Shown one piece after another: positions 63,668-64,000 of a stretch of DNA of 64,000 bases (position 1 is its first letter; every line of letters starts with the position of its first letter). Where the stretch lies: positions 1,664,001 to 1,728,000 of the forward strand of contig OZ250173.1 in assembly GCA_965238075.1 (NCBI GenBank), given 5' to 3'. The notes under the pieces were generated by a model. The model did not search any database. It saw only the letters and a program-made list of their open reading frames with translations, and was not told the origin of the DNA. A program made the position numbers and the translations under genes. The DNA comes from Candidatus Entotheonellaceae bacterium (GTDB taxonomy: Bacteria; Tectomicrobia; Entotheonellia; Entotheonellales; Entotheonellaceae).

Positions 63668-64000
63668 TGGACTTGCTGATTCGCGGCGGGCGGGTCGTCG
63701 ACCCGGATCAGGGGCTGGATGCCCACCTGGACGTGCGCGTCGCCGAAGGCCGCATTGCCGAGATCGGGCGCGAACTACCGTTCCCCGCCCTCAAGGGGAG
63801 GGGGATGTCGCCTGCAGGCGGGCCGCCGTCCGCGACGCCGCGGGTTGTGGAAGCCGCCGGCTGGATTGTGGCGCCGGGTTTTATCGACATGCACACCCAC
63901 TTCGGCGAGCCGGGCTACGAACACCGCGAAACGATTGCCAGCGGGCTTGCCGCCGCTGCTGCCGGGGGCTTCACCGCGGTGGCAATGATGCCGGATACTC
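63667..64000 (+). CDS. pyrC: Dihydroorotase (type I), partial, with atypical substrate-binding residues
   Basis: GTG start overlapping the pyrB stop. MDLLIRGGRVVDP...APGFIDMHTHFGEPG...AAAAGGFTAVAMMPDT. Confidence 0.85.
   Translation, partial: MDLLIRGGRVVDPDQGLDAHLDVRVAEGRIAEIGRELPFPALKGRGMSPAGGPPSATPRVVEAAGWIVAPGFIDMHTHFGEPGYEHRETIASGLAAAAAGGFTAVAMMPDT

Overview
This is a GC-rich chromosomal segment from a diderm (LPS-making) bacterium. Gene content and IS types tentatively suggest a Ca. Tectomicrobia/Entotheonella-like lineage; this is an inference that needs a 16S search. Left to right: (1) RNase II and a tandem-YjbQ gene on the minus strand. (2) A divergent ~8 kb operon joining a circularly permuted ATP-grasp/alpha-E pair to a complete partner-switching cascade (RsbW, RsbV, REC-PP2C, a periplasmic binding protein and a TorS-like kinase). 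(3) IS remnants, a DprA-like gene and an orphan antitoxin. (4) Metabolic genes: S9 peptidase, hemD, mycothiol-type formaldehyde dehydrogenase, oppD/F-like ATPases, deacetylase, hydratase, F420-type enzyme, acyl-CoA dehydrogenase, cpdA-like, UDG, fabG-like and two RNA methyltransferases. (5) A 16S-23S-5S operon with no tRNA in the ITS and a protein-coding gene plus a degenerate attC-like hairpin between 23S and 5S. (6) A decayed acyltransferase, DUF4301 and a nest of three dead IS elements. (7) ilvB-like, thiolase/DUF35, trpBA, LLM oxidoreductase, aminopeptidase P, chdC, a DapA-like lyase, gmhA-hldE-kdsA-kdsD, mce, dapL, yjjX-like, decayed AAA/IS/hsdM pieces, surA-like and pyrR-pyrB-pyrC (partial). 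No CRISPR array or tRNA was seen.
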